54,646 nucleotides of DNA from a virus (Duplodnaviria; Caudoviricetes), in IMG/VR virus record IMGVR_UViG_3300028111_000008, positions 1 through 54,646 of that record; one strand, given 5' to 3'. Of this stretch, positions 47,457 through 54,646 are shown one piece after another; the stretch's first letter is position 1, and every line of letters begins with the position of its first letter. A program made the position numbers and the translations under genes. Under the pieces are notes generated by a model, which was not told the origin of the DNA, ran no database searches, and saw only the letters and a list, made by a program, of their open reading frames with translations.

Positions 47457-48351
47457 TCCCTCTCGCTGATAGTGCTTTAGATGCACCACTCAATGTATTT
47501 ACTATATAAGGTTTTACTGATTGTATATTCTTATGTCCTGTTACCTGCATAATATTAGCTAAGTCAACCCCACCTTCCATCATCTCAGTCACAGCAGTAC
47601 GGCGCAAGTCCATAGCTGTAAGCTCAGCAGGTAGATTAGCTTCATCTAGTACCTCATTGATAAGTAAAGATATTTCACCCTTATCATATGGTGTATATGC
47701 CGCTGCTCTTGGCTTGACTCTAGGTGCTACATAATCCTGGAATCCAAAGTCTTCCTTCTGTTGTCGCAGCATCTCACACAAACCATTAGATATAGGTAAG
47801 TGTACTTCAGCATTACGTTTGCTTTGTGTTAGGTCTAAGCGACACTGATCTAAGTCTAATGTATCCCAAGTCATAACTCTCATGTCACCTATACGCTGAC
47901 CCCAATCATATGCCATGTGTACAATAAGACTAATGCTCCGCCATCTGAAGTCACTATAGCCTACCTCAAGAAACGTTTTGATCTGATCTCTACTCCAGTA
48001 TACACGCCTCTGCTTACTAGCCTTAGTTTGTACCAGTGCTACTGGGTTGTGTATCATTACATCCTGTCTCATGGAATACTTCCAAGCAGCAGATAGTACA
48101 GCCTTACGATAGTTTGCAGTGCGTACACCTGTGTTAAGCCATTGATCATACGCTTGTGTAAGGTGTCGTACTTTAATATTAGTACAACGATAGTTGCCAA
48201 GGGTCTTGCCTTCAACAAGTGTATTAATCACAGACGCTAGATGTATTTCATAATCCTTTTGAGATGCACCAGATAGCCTAGCAAAGGCAGGAGATACCAG
48301 ATAAAACTCTACGATATCACTTAGCTTAGCATTACCCTTGGGTATCTTCAT
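47434..48351 (-). CDS. int: Tyrosine integrase/recombinase
   Basis: GQRIGD (R), QSK (K), DLRRT, TGH, Y; start MKIPKG after GGAAGG. Confidence 0.92.
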   Translation of the reverse strand: MKIPKGNAKLSDIVEFYLVSPAFARLSGASQKDYEIHLASVINTLVEGKTLGNYRCTNIKVRHLTQAYDQWLNTGVRTANYRKAVLSAAWKYSMRQDVMIHNPVALVQTKASKQRRVYWSRDQIKTFLEVGYSDFRWRSISLIVHMAYDWGQRIGDMRVMTWDTLDLDQCRLDLTQSKRNAEVHLPISNGLCEMLRQQKEDFGFQDYVAPRVKPRAAAYTPYDKGEISLLINEVLDEANLPAELTAMDLRRTAVTEMMEGGVDLANIMQVTGHKNIQSVKPYIVNTLSGASKALSARGNEDESEK

Positions 48352-48352
48352 G

Positions 48353-48436
48353 TTACCTTCCTTTCGCGTTTCTGTACCAGAGATATAAAGCACCACCAAT
48401 GTAAGCAGCAATAACAGTTAATGGTAGTAGATGCAT
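48353..48436 (-). CDS. Possible 27-aa membrane peptide (not in ORF track)
   Basis: MHLLPLTVIAAYIGGALYLWYRNAKGR fills the gap. Confidence 0.45.
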   Translation of the reverse strand: MHLLPLTVIAAYIGGALYLWYRNAKGR

Positions 48437-48446
48437 TGTTATATTA

Positions 48447-48932
48447 CTACTCATCGTTTTCTTCCTGCCATTCTTGGTAGTACGTATACTCACCATCTAA
48501 ATCAAACTCTTCTATTAGTTCAGTAGGTATACTTTCTTTCCAATCCTCATTACTAAACTCAACACTGTAGGTATTGTTTATATCTAAGGCACTATCGTAT
48601 TCACCTATGTAACACATTCCTGGCTCATAGAAGGATGCCTCTACGTTGATCTTTAATCTATCAGCACCTGTATCGTATGCACCTGTAGGTGGACTCCATG
48701 CACTCTGAAACCCTAGGTGTAAGTTGGATGTATTACCATCCTCAAACAGGTTAGCCTCTACATCATGTACTTCCCACTTAGTATTCCACTCAGTACAGGC
48801 AACACCATAATCGTATTCACCAATAGGTGCTAGGTGTTCCAGTAACCCACCCCTATCTGCCGCCTCTTTGATAGCACGTAATGTTTTAACATCACCTGTA
48901 ATTACTACTCTATTCTCACACCAATTGGGCAT
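48447..48932 (-). CDS. DUF1281/YubB ferredoxin-like domain protein
   Basis: MPNWCEN, WNTKW, FQSAWSPP, YEPG; AGGAG RBS. Confidence 0.8.
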   Translation of the reverse strand: MPNWCENRVVITGDVKTLRAIKEAADRGGLLEHLAPIGEYDYGVACTEWNTKWEVHDVEANLFEDGNTSNLHLGFQSAWSPPTGAYDTGADRLKINVEASFYEPGMCYIGEYDSALDINNTYSVEFSNEDWKESIPTELIEEFDLDGEYTYYQEWQEENDE

Positions 48933-49171
48933 TATGTATCTCCTTTGTTTAACATCCACACACGTCTGTTAATTTGATCTACCTTACGAGTAACAACCTT
49001 ACACCCTATCTTCTTAGCGTGGGTGTATATACTAGCTAGTGCAGCACGTTTGACTACAACACTATCGCCTACCTTCATATGGTTTAGTAGTGCTTCATAA
49101 CCTTTGTTAGGTGCACCGCGTCCATCCTTAGTTGATGGTAAGGGTACGTTCTTCTCAATCATAAATGTCAT
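48932..49171 (-). CDS. Small putative DNA-binding protein
   Basis: IEKNVPLP...MKVGDS...RRVW. Confidence 0.7.
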   Translation of the reverse strand: MTFMIEKNVPLPSTKDGRGAPNKGYEALLNHMKVGDSVVVKRAALASIYTHAKKIGCKVVTRKVDQINRRVWMLNKGDT

Positions 49172-49302
49172 TTTACTTCGATCCTTATGCCTTTAATTTT
49201 CTCATACATTTTATATAGACGTAGCAAAGCTTCCCTGCTACGCGCTGTGTGGTAGCATATGTGCTCACCAGTTGATACACTGTAGATGTTAAGCTTATGC
49301 AC
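49168..49302 (-). CDS. Small hypothetical protein (not in ORF track)
   Basis: 44 aa, GTG start after GAGGAG. Confidence 0.55.
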   Translation of the reverse strand: MHKLNIYSVSTGEHICYHTARSREALLRLYKMYEKIKGIRIEVK

Positions 49303-49454
49303 TATACACTCTCCTCTTCTATCTGTTTAAATATACTAGCTAACCTAGTAACACTTTCTTTAGGTAGAGTTACTTCCTCTGCCTCACTCTTAACTAACAT
49401 ACCACCATCTTCTAAGATAGTAGCAGTCCACTCAGGTGTTAGTTGTACTTCCAT
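49302..49454 (-). CDS. Small hypothetical protein (not in ORF track)
   Basis: 50 aa MEVQLTPEW...; GAGGAG RBS; TAATG coupling. Confidence 0.65.
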   Translation of the reverse strand: MEVQLTPEWTATILEDGGMLVKSEAEEVTLPKESVTRLASIFKQIEEESV

Positions 49455-49684
49455 TATGCATTCTCCTCTACTAATGTGTAACGTGTATATCTTTGATTTG
49501 TAACTGGATGTCTCCCTGCTATGCCATCAATACGATAGCCTAACTTACGCAGCTCAGAGATACGCTTGGTGAAAGACTGTATGCTATAGTCTATCAAAGC
49601 TTCTCGTAAGGTTAGACCCTTAGATGCACGAAGGTGCTTGAGTATCATTGTGTGTTGAGACATTTTCTTATTTGTATTTCTCAT
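49454..49684 (-). CDS. Winged helix-turn-helix protein
   Basis: ILKHLR...LTLREA...RISELRKLGYRI...RYTL. Confidence 0.8.
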   Translation of the reverse strand: MRNTNKKMSQHTMILKHLRASKGLTLREALIDYSIQSFTKRISELRKLGYRIDGIAGRHPVTNQRYTRYTLVEENA

Positions 49685-49716
49685 ATTTATATTCCTCTAT
49701 GTTATATTATGTGTAA

Positions 49717-49779
49717 GATATATTATTAGTTTTAGTGTTAGTCAATGTTACTAATATGTCACGTTACATATTTGCAACA
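49717..49779 (-). promoter_or_regulatory. Promoter with two tandem 18-bp boxes abutting the -35
   Basis: TTGACT-N17-TATATC; boxes TGTTACTAATATGTCACG (49746, +) and TGTTGCAAATATGTAACG (49779-49762, -). Confidence 0.6.
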
Positions 49780-49967
49780 CCTAGTTCTATAGGTATCTCT
49801 ACAGTCTGCGCTTCGTAGTCACATTGATGGCAATACTTTCTTCTCCTAGTACTTGGGTATCCAAGCTTATGATAAGGTCTAGTATCTATGGTACGCATCT
49901 TAGTAAAACAGCAGGGACAATGTGTAACTACTGTATCCTTCCACCAAGGTTGTTTAATCTCTGCCAT
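49764..49967 (-). CDS. NrdR N-terminal-like zinc-ribbon protein
   Basis: CPCC...TIDTRP...TRRRKYCHQC...TVE; no ATP cone. Confidence 0.7.
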   Translation of the reverse strand: MAEIKQPWWKDTVVTHCPCCFTKMRTIDTRPYHKLGYPSTRRRKYCHQCDYEAQTVEIPIELGVANM

Positions 49968-49971
49968 TAAA

Positions 49972-50205
49972 CTATACCTTATCCACTTCAAACGCCCATC
50001 GTAGGCTATGCCAAGCGCTTTCTAATTTAGCTACATCACTCATGTATAAATCATTACAGTCTTTGATCATCTCTAAACAACTAGCTACACTCTTTTGTAT
50101 TTCTTCTATAGCTTCTCTCTGTTCATCAGACATTTGCTTTAGAACCTTCTGAGTTTTCATCTGCTTTTTAACTCTAGCTTTATGCCAATCTGTATGCTTA
50201 CTCAT
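49972..50205 (-). CDS. Hypothetical protein
   Basis: 77 aa; GAGG RBS. Confidence 0.7.
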   Translation of the reverse strand: MSKHTDWHKARVKKQMKTQKVLKQMSDEQREAIEEIQKSVASCLEMIKDCNDLYMSDVAKLESAWHSLRWAFEVDKV

Positions 50206-50206
50206 A

Positions 50207-50416
50207 TTATATTCCTCTCTCTACGTTATCCTCTATGAAAGCAAAGCCACCGCCATTGCCTTCCTCATCTTGTGATATTACAAATCGTACTTCCTCTGAT
50301 CCATTTGTTAATGTGAATACTGGAAAGGGTTTATCATATTCAAAAGCACCATCTTCAAAGTGAAAATCCTGGATTTTACAACCCACTAATTGCCCATAGT
50401 ATTTTTTCATATCCAT
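50207..50416 (-). CDS. Hypothetical protein
   Basis: 69 aa; SQDEEGNGGG motif; GGAG RBS. Confidence 0.75.
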   Translation of the reverse strand: MDMKKYYGQLVGCKIQDFHFEDGAFEYDKPFPVFTLTNGSEEVRFVISQDEEGNGGGFAFIEDNVERGI

Positions 50417-50419
50417 GTC

Positions 50420-50572
50420 TTAACTCCATATCATAGTTAATAGTAAACTAAACGTAGCCAATACACCTATGGCTGCGAACCCTAGCACTGACCATACAAA
50501 GGCGGTGGCTAGTATTTCTTTTCTTTTTTCTTTACGCTCATGTTCTGTCACGTTAAAATATTTGTCACTCAT
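50420..50572 (-). CDS. Small membrane protein (not in ORF track)
   Basis: 50 aa with a C-terminal hydrophobic helix; ATGA overlap. Confidence 0.6.
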   Translation of the reverse strand: MSDKYFNVTEHERKEKRKEILATAFVWSVLGFAAIGVLATFSLLLTMIWS

Positions 50573-50775
50573 TTGTTATTCCTTTCCTTTACCCATAGTC
50601 TTTTCAAGTTATTCTGCCTACCACCTTTAGCACCAGTGATCTGCCTATTCTTTTGTTGCGTCCACTGATCACCCTCTTTATAGTTACGCATATTAAACAA
50701 CTCACGCATCCTTTTATTCTCGGCGGCACAAACTTTTTCGTGAGCTAATCTTAGTCTTTCTTCTTGATCTAACAT
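50569..50775 (-). CDS. Basic hypothetical protein
   Basis: TAATG-coupled; GAKGG motif. Confidence 0.65.
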   Translation of the reverse strand: MLDQEERLRLAHEKVCAAENKRMRELFNMRNYKEGDQWTQQKNRQITGAKGGRQNNLKRLWVKERNNK

Positions 50776-50960
50776 TACATTTCTTCCCATTCTTTAGGTG
50801 TGATACCTGTCATTATAAACTCACGTTCATCAGGTGATAGGGTAGGCATAGCAGTTTGCACAAGCACACCCCCCTTCCAAGCTTCAAGTTGTTCAGGTGT
50901 TACATTTATATCCATAACATTTACGTTACCTGATAGCATTGATTTACGTTCTATTAACAT
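50775..50960 (-). CDS. Conserved small phage protein
   Basis: LSPDEREFIMTGITPKEW; AAGGAG RBS. Confidence 0.8.
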   Translation of the reverse strand: MLIERKSMLSGNVNVMDINVTPEQLEAWKGGVLVQTAMPTLSPDEREFIMTGITPKEWEEM

Positions 50961-50964
50961 TGGC

Positions 50965-51123
50965 TTAACTCCTTAACCATTCTTCAAAAGTTTTAGGGAA
51001 TACCTCATGGGTATTATCTATATAGCATTGGTATCTCTGCCCATCTAATGTTAGAAGTGAATGCTCCTCATAGATAAACTTACCCTCATCATTCAGCGCA
51101 GGGATTTTAGTTCGTTCAGTCAT
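50965..51123 (-). CDS. Small hypothetical protein (not in ORF track)
   Basis: 52 aa ending KTFEEWLRS; AAGGA RBS. Confidence 0.6.
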   Translation of the reverse strand: MTERTKIPALNDEGKFIYEEHSLLTLDGQRYQCYIDNTHEVFPKTFEEWLRS

Positions 51124-51124
51124 A

Positions 51125-52219
51125 TTATAATCCTTTCAGTATGTGTGCTATGACATCGCAAGTCCAACCATTGCCTAACATTTTGTAGCGTTGGGTGTTG
51201 GATACCCCCTCAGTAAAATTATCTGGAATTGTTTGAAGACGTTCACATTCCAGAGGTGTTAGCTTGCGCCAAGACATATTCTCTACAAGAATGCTATCCT
51301 TGGTTACTGTAGTGAGACAATTAGTTTTATCATCATCTCGAACCTCGATCATCTGTTTGATAGGGATAGACTTATCGTGATCCTTACGAGTTCCTGTGGA
51401 GTCTAGTCTACGACCCACCATACGCGCACCCTTCACTAATACTTTAGGTTCTCTATGCCCACCGCCCATAGTCGTTAGTGTAGGTGCTTTACCCTCCTCA
51501 TGATACACTCGTTTAATAGACTGATTGCCATTCAAATCAGCATCGCCTACATGACACATACCATTAGGACTAAACACCAACTGTCTGCGATGCTTCTCGA
51601 AGTATGACTTGAGATTGCCACCCTTAAAGTAGTTAGCATCTAGGCAATGGGATTTAGTTCTATCAGTTAATCCATCCTCAAGTATATCTTTTAAGACAAT
51701 GCCACGATCTTTTGGTTGTTCAATACCCTCAATGTTAGTCCAGTAAAAACGCTTACGATTTTGTGCTGATACTAACGAGCTATTGATCAAGTATTTATTC
51801 ACGTTGGGCAAAGCTTGCTCAGTATGGTGCGTGATATACTTTTCAAAAGCATTAGACATTCTAACATTTTCCATAAGGTATTTAGCATTAGGATTACACT
51901 CCATAACGTGTTGCATAATATCTAGCATCACCCAGAATAGTTGCCCTCTGGGATCGCGATCACCCTGCTGTTTACCTGCTACTGACCATGCTTGACAGGG
52001 AAAACCACCCATAACTAGGTCAACAAACTTCCACTGAATATCCCAATCACGCCAGTTATTTATATCACCTAATTGTATAATATCTGGAAAGTTTTTATTA
52101 GCAATCTTCATAGCGTGTGGGTCTTTCTCACTAGAATAATATCTAGTGGGTGTTATACCTAGTCTATCAAGGGAAAGTCTGCCAACTTCCATGCCACCAA
52201 ATAAATTTACTACATACAT
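51125..52219 (-). CDS. DNA (cytosine-5) methyltransferase
   Basis: LFGG, GDI, GGFPCQ, ENV, QNRKR, LTPLECERLQ, LGNG. Confidence 0.95.
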   Translation of the reverse strand: MYVVNLFGGMEVGRLSLDRLGITPTRYYSSEKDPHAMKIANKNFPDIIQLGDINNWRDWDIQWKFVDLVMGGFPCQAWSVAGKQQGDRDPRGQLFWVMLDIMQHVMECNPNAKYLMENVRMSNAFEKYITHHTEQALPNVNKYLINSSLVSAQNRKRFYWTNIEGIEQPKDRGIVLKDILEDGLTDRTKSHCLDANYFKGGNLKSYFEKHRRQLVFSPNGMCHVGDADLNGNQSIKRVYHEEGKAPTLTTMGGGHREPKVLVKGARMVGRRLDSTGTRKDHDKSIPIKQMIEVRDDDKTNCLTTVTKDSILVENMSWRKLTPLECERLQTIPDNFTEGVSNTQRYKMLGNGWTCDVIAHILKGL

Positions 52220-52356
52220 TCTTTATTCTCCTTTTCTGATAAAAATGAAAGCAAGTTTTTTTCTGATACTTCACTAAGCAACTCCTCAATCGCGGTCATA
52301 TCACCCATTCCCACGTCTTTTTTAATTTGCTCTAGAACTTTATCAATCAATTCCAT
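52210..52356 (-). CDS. Small hypothetical protein (not in ORF track)
   Basis: 48 aa MELIDKVLEQIKKDV...; GAGGAG RBS. Confidence 0.6.
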   Translation of the reverse strand: MELIDKVLEQIKKDVGMGDMTAIEELLSEVSEKNLLSFLSEKENKECM

Positions 52357-52359
52357 TAT

Positions 52360-52839
52360 TTATTCTCCTCTATCTATTGAACCATAATCTTTTAAATCTT
52401 GTATAGTCAATCCATAATATTCAATAGGATCAACAAAAAATCTGCCTGTCTCATCATAGTATGGGTCGGTAATCCACACATCATTTTTTAATACACCCCA
52501 TTCGTTCAATAGTAATAAAGCTTTTTTACTTGCTACAAAATCAAGTAAATCTTTAAAGCTATTAGTCTCAAAAATCCATGTGTGATCATCCTCATATCCA
52601 TTATAACTATTAGCTGTTTGCACAGTAAATCTAGATGGTAACACTTCCATAGCACCATGTATTCTAGATGCATTTTCGGTACGCTCATCAACATTCCAAC
52701 TATCAATCCAGATATGCAAACCACTTACTTGATAGCTTGGAAGCTCATCATGGTGGTAGCTTATACACCTCCAATCTTTAGGTATATCCAAATCAGTAAT
52801 ATATTCTTTCCATTCTACTCGCATATTTTTTCCTAACAT
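52360..52839 (-). CDS. Hypothetical early protein
   Basis: 159-aa ORF; start uncertain. Confidence 0.7.
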   Translation of the reverse strand: MLGKNMRVEWKEYITDLDIPKDWRCISYHHDELPSYQVSGLHIWIDSWNVDERTENASRIHGAMEVLPSRFTVQTANSYNGYEDDHTWIFETNSFKDLLDFVASKKALLLLNEWGVLKNDVWITDPYYDETGRFFVDPIEYYGLTIQDLKDYGSIDRGE

Positions 52840-52868
52840 ATTTATTAATACAATAACTAATTTATTTT

Positions 52869-53036
52869 TTAAGCAATGTCAAATACTAAATTCATCTCAT
52901 AAACTTCACGCGATAATTCAATAAGCTTTTTAGCTTGCACCAATGTTAAATTATTATCATAGGCAAATTTAGTAACAGATATATAATTGTTTACCCAATC
53001 TAGATAAATATCTTTTAGCTTTAAAGAGTATTCCAT
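52869..53036 (-). CDS. Small early protein (not in ORF track)
   Basis: 55 aa with YLDWVNNYISV; AAGGA RBS. Confidence 0.65.
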   Translation of the reverse strand: MEYSLKLKDIYLDWVNNYISVTKFAYDNNLTLVQAKKLIELSREVYEMNLVFDIA

Positions 53037-53057
53037 TTTGTTTAATCCTTTTTAGGT

Positions 53058-53103
53058 TTAATATTATTTAGTGATACTCAAAAGAATACCACCAATAATA
53101 TTA
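53058..53103 (-). promoter_or_regulatory. 21-bp intergenic hairpin (possible RNase III site)
   Basis: UUAAUAUUAUUGGUGGUAUUC-UUUU-GAGUAUCACUAAUAAUAUUAA; mismatches become G-U only on the - strand. Confidence 0.6.
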
Positions 53104-53108
53104 ATTCA

Positions 53109-53693
53109 TTATGCTATTTCATGAATGCGTCGCCATACTACCCACGTAATAGCTTGTAATTCATATGCTTTTAAACCTAATGCGTTTGCTGTATTCACGT
53201 AATCGTTTTGTATTTCTGCATATAGTTTTTTACCAATGTTAGTTTTATCGGATGTTAATCCAAATCTTTCTCCGCGCCATATGTTTAGAGCGTGACCATC
53301 AATACAACACGCATCAAAACCCATTATGCATTCGTAAAAGCTTTTAATCTTTTGACCATTTAATCGTGTCAAAATATCGTCATTAGTTACAAGCATATCA
53401 TCAAGTATTGACCACGCTTTTTCTTTCATTTTGTGATATGTTGAAACCTTAACGCTTTCAATATGTTCACCATCAAGATAAGCTTTTATCAATGCATCCG
53501 CGTTATCTATATTCCTATCCCATTTATTATTCGGACTAAGCGCGGATATGACACCAACCACTGTTGAAAGTTTTATATCATATTTTAAAGAGATTTCTTT
53601 TGCTTGATATTGCGCGTCACTATACCATTTCACACCATTATAAACTTCTTTTGGTGTCGCAAGCTTCCAAATCATTGCTATATTATTATTCAT
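53109..53693 (-). CDS. Conserved early protein, distantly HhH-glycosylase-like
   Basis: KWY, SALSPNNKW, KIKSF, IDGHA, LQAITW. Confidence 0.6.
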   Translation of the reverse strand: MNNNIAMIWKLATPKEVYNGVKWYSDAQYQAKEISLKYDIKLSTVVGVISALSPNNKWDRNIDNADALIKAYLDGEHIESVKVSTYHKMKEKAWSILDDMLVTNDDILTRLNGQKIKSFYECIMGFDACCIDGHALNIWRGERFGLTSDKTNIGKKLYAEIQNDYVNTANALGLKAYELQAITWVVWRRIHEIA

Positions 53694-53756
53694 TTTATTG
53701 CTCTTTCTACTAAGTTAATTCTACTATTAGCACTCGTTAAAATGCTAATGTTAAAG

Positions 53757-53954
53757 TTAACTATTCATTCTGTTTTCAAAATCTTGTTTCATTTCTTGTA
53801 TTACTATATTCCAATCTTTATTATCAGCTAATGCAATAACTGTAAAACAATCAAATTCAACAGCGTCAAAATTATAAACTGATATAAGCGTACCACCATG
53901 CCATTTATAAGAATAACCGCTATCATTATCAAATTTTATTTCTGTATCAAACAT
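53757..53954 (-). CDS. Small early protein (allele of 71-292)
   Basis: YSYKWHGGTLISVY; homologous to the left copy. Confidence 0.8.
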   Translation of the reverse strand: MFDTEIKFDNDSGYSYKWHGGTLISVYNFDAVEFDCFTVIALADNKDWNIVIQEMKQDFENRMNS

Positions 53955-53956
53955 TT

Positions 53957-54166
53957 TTATATTTCCATTTCTAAGTTTTTATATGCGTTTGTAATTGCGT
54001 TTTTATCATCAGTTGTTTTGACTATTTTGATATGTTTCTTTTTAGTATTATAATGTGAGAATTCTATTTCTGTTTTTAAAGATGCTTTTGTGTAGTCTCC
54101 GAATTCATCAAACCATTTTTGGCTATCAGTGTCATAGACGAAAAGAATGTAATATGATTTTGCCAT
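53957..54166 (-). CDS. Small early protein (allele of 292-510)
   Basis: Identical core, different termini. Confidence 0.8.
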   Translation of the reverse strand: MAKSYYILFVYDTDSQKWFDEFGDYTKASLKTEIEFSHYNTKKKHIKIVKTTDDKNAITNAYKNLEMEI

Positions 54167-54170
54167 TATT

Positions 54171-54299
54171 TTATACCTTACTTTTTATTGAGAATGAATA
54201 ATTCACGATTGCGTTTTTACGAAATGGAACAAATAGAAAGAACATGAAATGTTTTGTTTGTGTCTCTCTAACTTTGCACGTTTCAAATTTTAATCTCAT
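54171..54299 (-). CDS. 42-aa ORF unique to the right repeat (not in ORF track)
   Basis: MRLKFETCKVRETQTKHFMFFLFVPFRKNAIVNYSFSIKSKV; uses the RBS and ATG context of ORF 292-510. Confidence 0.55.
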   Translation of the reverse strand: MRLKFETCKVRETQTKHFMFFLFVPFRKNAIVNYSFSIKSKV

Positions 54300-54646
54300 A
54301 GCTAAATCCCTAAATAATTACTAATACATTTTCTATAATTTATATTTATACAAAAGACAATACATTTATTAAGAAAATATAAAATAGCAAAAACCTGGTA
54401 TGTTCTCCTTTTGTTCTTTTGGATTTGTTTATACTATATAATGGGTTAAAAAAAGTATTAACATTTGTGTAAAAATTAACCGCTGACAGCCTCTAGGTTT
54501 GTTTGTGTGGTTTAGCCTATGGAAATAGCCTAGAGGCTGTCAGTGACGTGTTCGCTGTTTGTTCCGAGGGGGGTGTGGTAAAAATGTCACATTTCCAGGC
54601 GGTGTGGTATTTATGCATCAATGTTACTAAAACGACACAGTGTTGC

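Larger units (their letters stand above)
53687..54646. repeat. Right copy of imperfect terminal direct repeat
   Basis: Homologous to 1-831 with an extra ~130 bp. Confidence 0.95.

Noticed and set aside
1-54646. Diversity-generating retroelement as explanation for the diverged repeats
   Set aside because: No reverse transcriptase; differences include indels and are not adenine-specific.
1-54646. tRNA genes, phage RNA polymerase, introns/inteins, stop-codon recoding
   Set aside because: None recognised by eye; core genes are continuous and normal-sized in the standard code. tRNAscan was not run.

Overview
The window looks like one essentially complete podovirus-type dsDNA phage genome with a unit length of about 53.7 kb. 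It best fits the marine HMO-2011-type group: a family A DNA polymerase with a DnaJ-like CxxCxGxG insertion, a tyrosine integrase, separate primase and helicase, and no RNA polymerase. The host is probably an alphaproteobacterium, possibly Rhodobacteraceae (inferred from a DUF1127 gene and a B12-dependent class II RNR). The + strand arm (1.4-36.1 kb) carries envelope proteins, terminase, portal, scaffold, capsid, tail and tail fibres, lysis genes and internal virion proteins. The - strand arm (54.3-36.2 kb) carries early genes, a C5 methyltransferase, the integrase, and replication and nucleotide metabolism genes. The two arms meet at a hairpin terminator. The ends (1-831 and 53687-54646) are two diverged copies of one region. 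Most notable observations: (i) a pre-toxin-TG-like plus SAM-methyltransferase cassette at the front of a 1110-aa putative virion protein punctuated by a [FMY]xxGG motif shared with other late proteins; (ii) a hairpin RNA with an anti-Shine-Dalgarno loop in a phage that also encodes DUF1127; (iii) arrays of 18-bp TGT-N12-ACA boxes; (iv) a four-gene overlapping envelope operon; (v) an Acb2/Tad1-like small protein; (vi) a conserved-looking ORF without a canonical start codon. All family calls come from motif recognition by eye; no searches were run.
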